Assembly (NCBI GenBank): GCA_964596165.1
Contig: CAZQTW010000007.1
Span: 73,496 to 137,495 of the forward strand
Direction: 5' to 3'
From: an uncultured Planctomycetales bacterium
GTDB taxonomy: Bacteria > Planctomycetota > Phycisphaerae > UBA1845 > JAFGLZ01
DNA length: 64,000 nt
In this document: positions 63,201 to 64,000 of the stretch, piece by piece
Layout of the letters: each line of letters opens with the position of its first letter
Position numbering within the stretch: position 1 is the stretch's first letter
Made by a program: the position numbers and the translations under genes
The notes under the pieces: model-generated
Told to the model about the DNA's origin: nothing
The model's input: only the letters and a program-made list of their open reading frames with translations
Database searches by the model: none

Positions 63201-64000
63201 CTCTGGGTCCAGGCAATTTCAAAGACCCGGTCCGCCAACCGCCGATCATGATACCGTTCGACCTGCAGCACCGCCTGATCGCGAGTCAACGAGCCGCCCA
63301 TGATGGCATCGACCGTGAGAGAAGTCCCCGGCCCCAACGTGAACCGCCTCCGAATCGACAGGACCGGGTCCAGCACCGACCCGGCGGTGTTGGACAAAGG
63401 TCCGGGATGGTCCATCGCGGCGGGATGGGCAAGCGTCCGGTTGCGCCCCACCCATGTCGGCCGGTGAGTCTCAAATGACACCTCGCCGAGGATCGCCTTG
63501 GCCCCCATCGGACCCGTCCCCGCCTCCGGACCGTGAACGATCAGGGTGTGAAACATCCACGGCGGGTTCTCATCGATCGATCGCGCGCGTCGCGTGCACA
63601 GCAACGCGGTTCGATCCTTCACCACGTCGGTCTCGACGAAGAGGTTGTTGAAAACCGGGTGCGCCTCTTCCGCGCGAGGGTCCATCAGAACAGGCTCCGC
63701 ATAGCTGGTCAGCTCCACCGTCCTCTTGCGATTGGTCGGATTCGAAATCGTCATTCGGCGCAATTCGATGTCGTCTTCGGGCGAAACGGCAATCCGGGTG
63801 TGGACCTGCAGCTCGTCTTGAGCGGCGCGAAACTCCGCCTGCCCCTGTGAGAAGACGGCTTCGTATCGGGCAAGCTTACGACATACCGGCTGATACGTGG
63901 TGGACCAGAACGAACCCTGATCCACGTCCCGAATATAGAAAAACGTTCCCCACGCATCCCGCGTCACGTCCTCGCGCCAACGCGTCAGTGCCAGCCCGTT
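60209..64000 (-). CDS. GH94-family glucan phosphorylase / cyclic beta-1,2-glucan synthase C-terminal-like protein (5' end outside window)
   Basis: The frame is open to the window edge. There are two carbohydrate-binding N-domains (FFYIRDVDQGSFWSTTYQP; AFYLRDEETGEFWSLTPQP). The catalytic (alpha/alpha)6 region has GAFGFRDQLQD, GCGDWNDGMN and GGQYTHAAVW. Confidence 0.85.
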   Translation of the reverse strand, partial: NGLALTRWREDVTRDAWGTFFYIRDVDQGSFWSTTYQPVCRKLARYEAVFSQGQAEFRAAQDELQVHTRIAVSPEDDIELRRMTISNPTNRKRTVELTSYAEPVLMDPRAEEAHPVFNNLFVETDVVKDRTALLCTRRARSIDENPPWMFHTLIVHGPEAGTGPMGAKAILGEVSFETHRPTWVGRNRTLAHPAAMDHPGPLSNTAGSVLDPVLSIRRRFTLGPGTSLTVDAIMGGSLTRDQAVLQVERYHDRRLADRVFEIAWTQSQVLQHQLRITESDAVLFGRLAASLVYANPRHRAGSSVIARNRRGQSALWVYGVSGDLPIALVHVTEPKGLELVRRALQAHAYWRHKGLRTDLFIWCDAFSGYRQALLDQVMGEVNAGPEMKVLDQPGGVFVRSTDQLPDEDRRLLQAVARVFLSDRAGSLTDQIDRRGRPEVRTAPLARTRRPQAPLPSEMELPPRDLRFFNGLGGFTPDGREYVVVLRPGTTTPAPWVNVLANPDFGAVVSETGGGYTWFMNAHEYRLTPWYNDPATDMAGEAFYLRDEETGEFWSLTPQPARGHTHYVCRHGLGYSAFENAQRGLFTELITTVGVDAPVRLWILTVRNTTERTVRVSATGFVEWVLGDMRDKHAPHIVTHIDPQSGAILASNAYASDFPDKVVFFQCSEPDRSLTADRTEFIGRNNSLRDPAALHRRELSSRVGAGLDPCGAIQGYLDLPPGEQRQIVFTLGAGHNESHVRELLGRFAGTGGARQALEAVWEHWKHVLGGVYVETPDESVNFMANHWLPYQVLACRFWGRSGYYQSAGAFGFRDQLQDAMAFAHECPWLLRQHLLTAAGRQFREGDVQHWWHPPTGRGVRTHFSDDFLWLPLATCRYVKIVGDTGVLDEKVPFLEGRQPRADEESVYDLPSVAEEQGTLYEHCVRAVRRGLRFGPHGLPLMGCGDWNDGMNRVGIKGTGESVWLAFFLYHVLKEFADLARRKDDQALADECQEWACTLRDNIEAHGWDGRWYRRAYFDDGEPLGSGQNSECRIDVLPQAWSVLSRAGDPGRARMAMQAVLEHLVDPSLRLIRLLDPPFEGRTCDPGYIRGYPPGVRENGGQYTHAAVWAAMAFADLGDAEQAWRLFDLINPVRHGDTPEHVNAYKVEPYVVAADVYTLKGHEGRGGWTWYTGSASWMYRLLQESLLGIRREADILRIEPLLPPTWQQFRVHYRFHGTMYHIEVIVEGPNTRTVRRVTVDGEDVPDLGIHMVDDHLEHAVQVTVG

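Overview
GC-rich bacterial chromosomal window (GC not computed). Inference on origin: a DUF1559-type prepilin-like protein, many secreted glycan-degrading enzymes, a CXXCH beta-propeller protein and ECF sigma modules suggest a Planctomycetota-like organism. I support about 50 protein genes. I recognised no rRNA, tRNA, CRISPR array, transposase or integrase.

Gene order:
- Start of window: GNAT fragment, dnaE, an orphan prepilin-like gene, a small lipoprotein.
- Efflux and membrane: an RND efflux pair, MarC.
- Secreted hydrolases: metallophosphoesterase, lectin/glucanase-like protein, GH51.
- Housekeeping and SOS: recA, HtrA, VapBC, papain-like peptidase, two glycosidase-like genes, lexA, bioD, a DUF62 SAM hydrolase.
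- Secretion module: an ECF sigma/anti-sigma pair divergent from a minimal GspE-GspF-GspF'-pseudopilin module.
- Four-gene operon: membrane protein, EIIA::opine dehydrogenase fusion, B12-binding mutase-like protein, Cys-less AsnB-like enzyme.
- Regulators and transport: DksA-like and HPF-like genes, a NhaR-like LysR regulator, heparinase II/III, VIT1.
- End of window: a heme-c beta-propeller protein, marR-macA-macB, DUF4832 and DUF362 proteins, and a 5'-truncated GH94 glucan phosphorylase/synthase-like gene.

Most interesting:
1. The tightly coupled EIIA-opine-DH / B12 mutase-like / AsnB-like operon. It may encode an undescribed small-molecule pathway.
2. The ECF-controlled minimal secretion/pilus module. 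It has identical divergent AAC-N16-CGT promoters, two platform paralogs and degenerate pseudopilins.

All family assignments come from motif recognition by eye and need profile searches.
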